From: an uncultured Candidatus Saccharibacteria bacterium
Lineage (GTDB): Bacteria; Patescibacteriota; Saccharimonadia; Saccharimonadales; CAZVRA01
Assembly (NCBI GenBank): GCA_964630055.1
Contig: CAZVRA010000003.1
Span: 4,443-68,442 of the forward strand
Direction of reading: 5' to 3'
Length of the DNA stretch: 64,000 nt
The position numbers and the translations under genes were made by a program. This document shows positions 63,634 to 64,000 of this stretch, piece by piece (within the stretch, counting starts at the first letter, position 1; every line of letters begins with the position of its first letter). Under the pieces are notes generated by a model, which searched no databases, was not told the DNA's origin, and saw nothing but the letters and a program-made list of their open reading frames with translations.

Positions 63634-64000
63634 CTTACAAAAAAACTTACCAGTCGTTCCAAGTAATTTTGTTTACGTTTTTGACTGGTCTAGCTTTGGG
63701 TTTGGTGGTGGTTTTGTGCAACCCGACCAACGTGAGTGCGGCGTCTATCGGAACTACTATTTATTCAGATGGCTCTGATGTACCGACGGATAGACACCCA
63801 GGTGATGGGTGTCCAGTTGATGTAGGAGTTTTGACTGCTCAACGAGCTTGGTTGTCGGCTGCTGGCAATTCGCTCAATTCTAACATTATAACTATCGCCC
63901 AAGGCACGCCATCGGTAAACTTAGATATTAATGGTCTTATATACAGATGTTTTGGTAATCAATCAACGGGCCAGCTAGCTTCTTCGACCTTTATTATGAA
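63630..64000 (+). CDS. Secreted protein, N-terminal 123 codons (continues past window end)
   Basis: Own translation MTYKKTYQSFQVILFTFLTGLALGLVVVLCNPTNVSAASIGTTIYSDG... ATGA overlap with the upstream stop. The signal-peptide end NPTNVSAA parallels NPQKASAA of the ORF at 60842. Confidence 0.6.
   Translation, partial: MTYKKTYQSFQVILFTFLTGLALGLVVVLCNPTNVSAASIGTTIYSDGSDVPTDRHPGDGCPVDVGVLTAQRAWLSAAGNSLNSNIITIAQGTPSVNLDINGLIYRCFGNQSTGQLASSTFIM

Overview
The window is a gene-dense stretch of about 60 protein genes and 2 tRNAs. I found no rRNA, CRISPR array, integrase or transposase. It looks like a small-genome bacterium that uses the standard code, because TGA serves as a stop in ATGA/GTGA overlaps. 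The gene content suggests a CPR/Patescibacteria (Saccharibacteria-like) organism, but this is inference because no marker rRNA is present. The suggestive content is an archaeal-type PGI/PMI, a CarS-like gene, a UPF0200-like kinase and many low-complexity protein tails. The housekeeping backbone is argS (partial), rpsT, holA, mutM, polA, two sigma-70 family genes, dnaG-rpoD, rnj, pnp-rpsO-truB, groES-groEL with a CIRCE operator, valS, tsaD, murE, ftsK, rpsF-ssb-rpsR, efp, tlyA and ychF. Stretches that look more AT-rich by eye (not computed) appear accessory. They are a tRNA-Arg-adjacent islet (CPBP protease plus VapBC), a MazEF pair, a kinase-like two-gene cassette beside a guanidino-modifying-fold enzyme, and a terminal cluster of secreted or membrane-anchored proteins next to a GH10 xylanase. 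The most notable observations are: (1) a translationally coupled CDP-alcohol transferase / PHP phosphoesterase / CarS-like lipid module; (2) about 20 genes with a -10 hexamer 6-7 nt from the start codon, suggesting leaderless mRNAs; (3) a 26-bp perfect in-frame direct repeat bracketing the FtsK gamma domain; (4) a tRNA-Ser followed by a tRNA-like segment ending in a copy of the tRNA 3' end; (5) a 127-bp inverted-repeat element carrying a recurrent TTAACAGGGG motif in a 530-bp intergenic region; (6) a DHH-family protein with its catalytic motifs replaced; (7) the secreted-protein cluster at 59.9-64 kb. All functional calls come from reading motifs in the translations. No database search was run.
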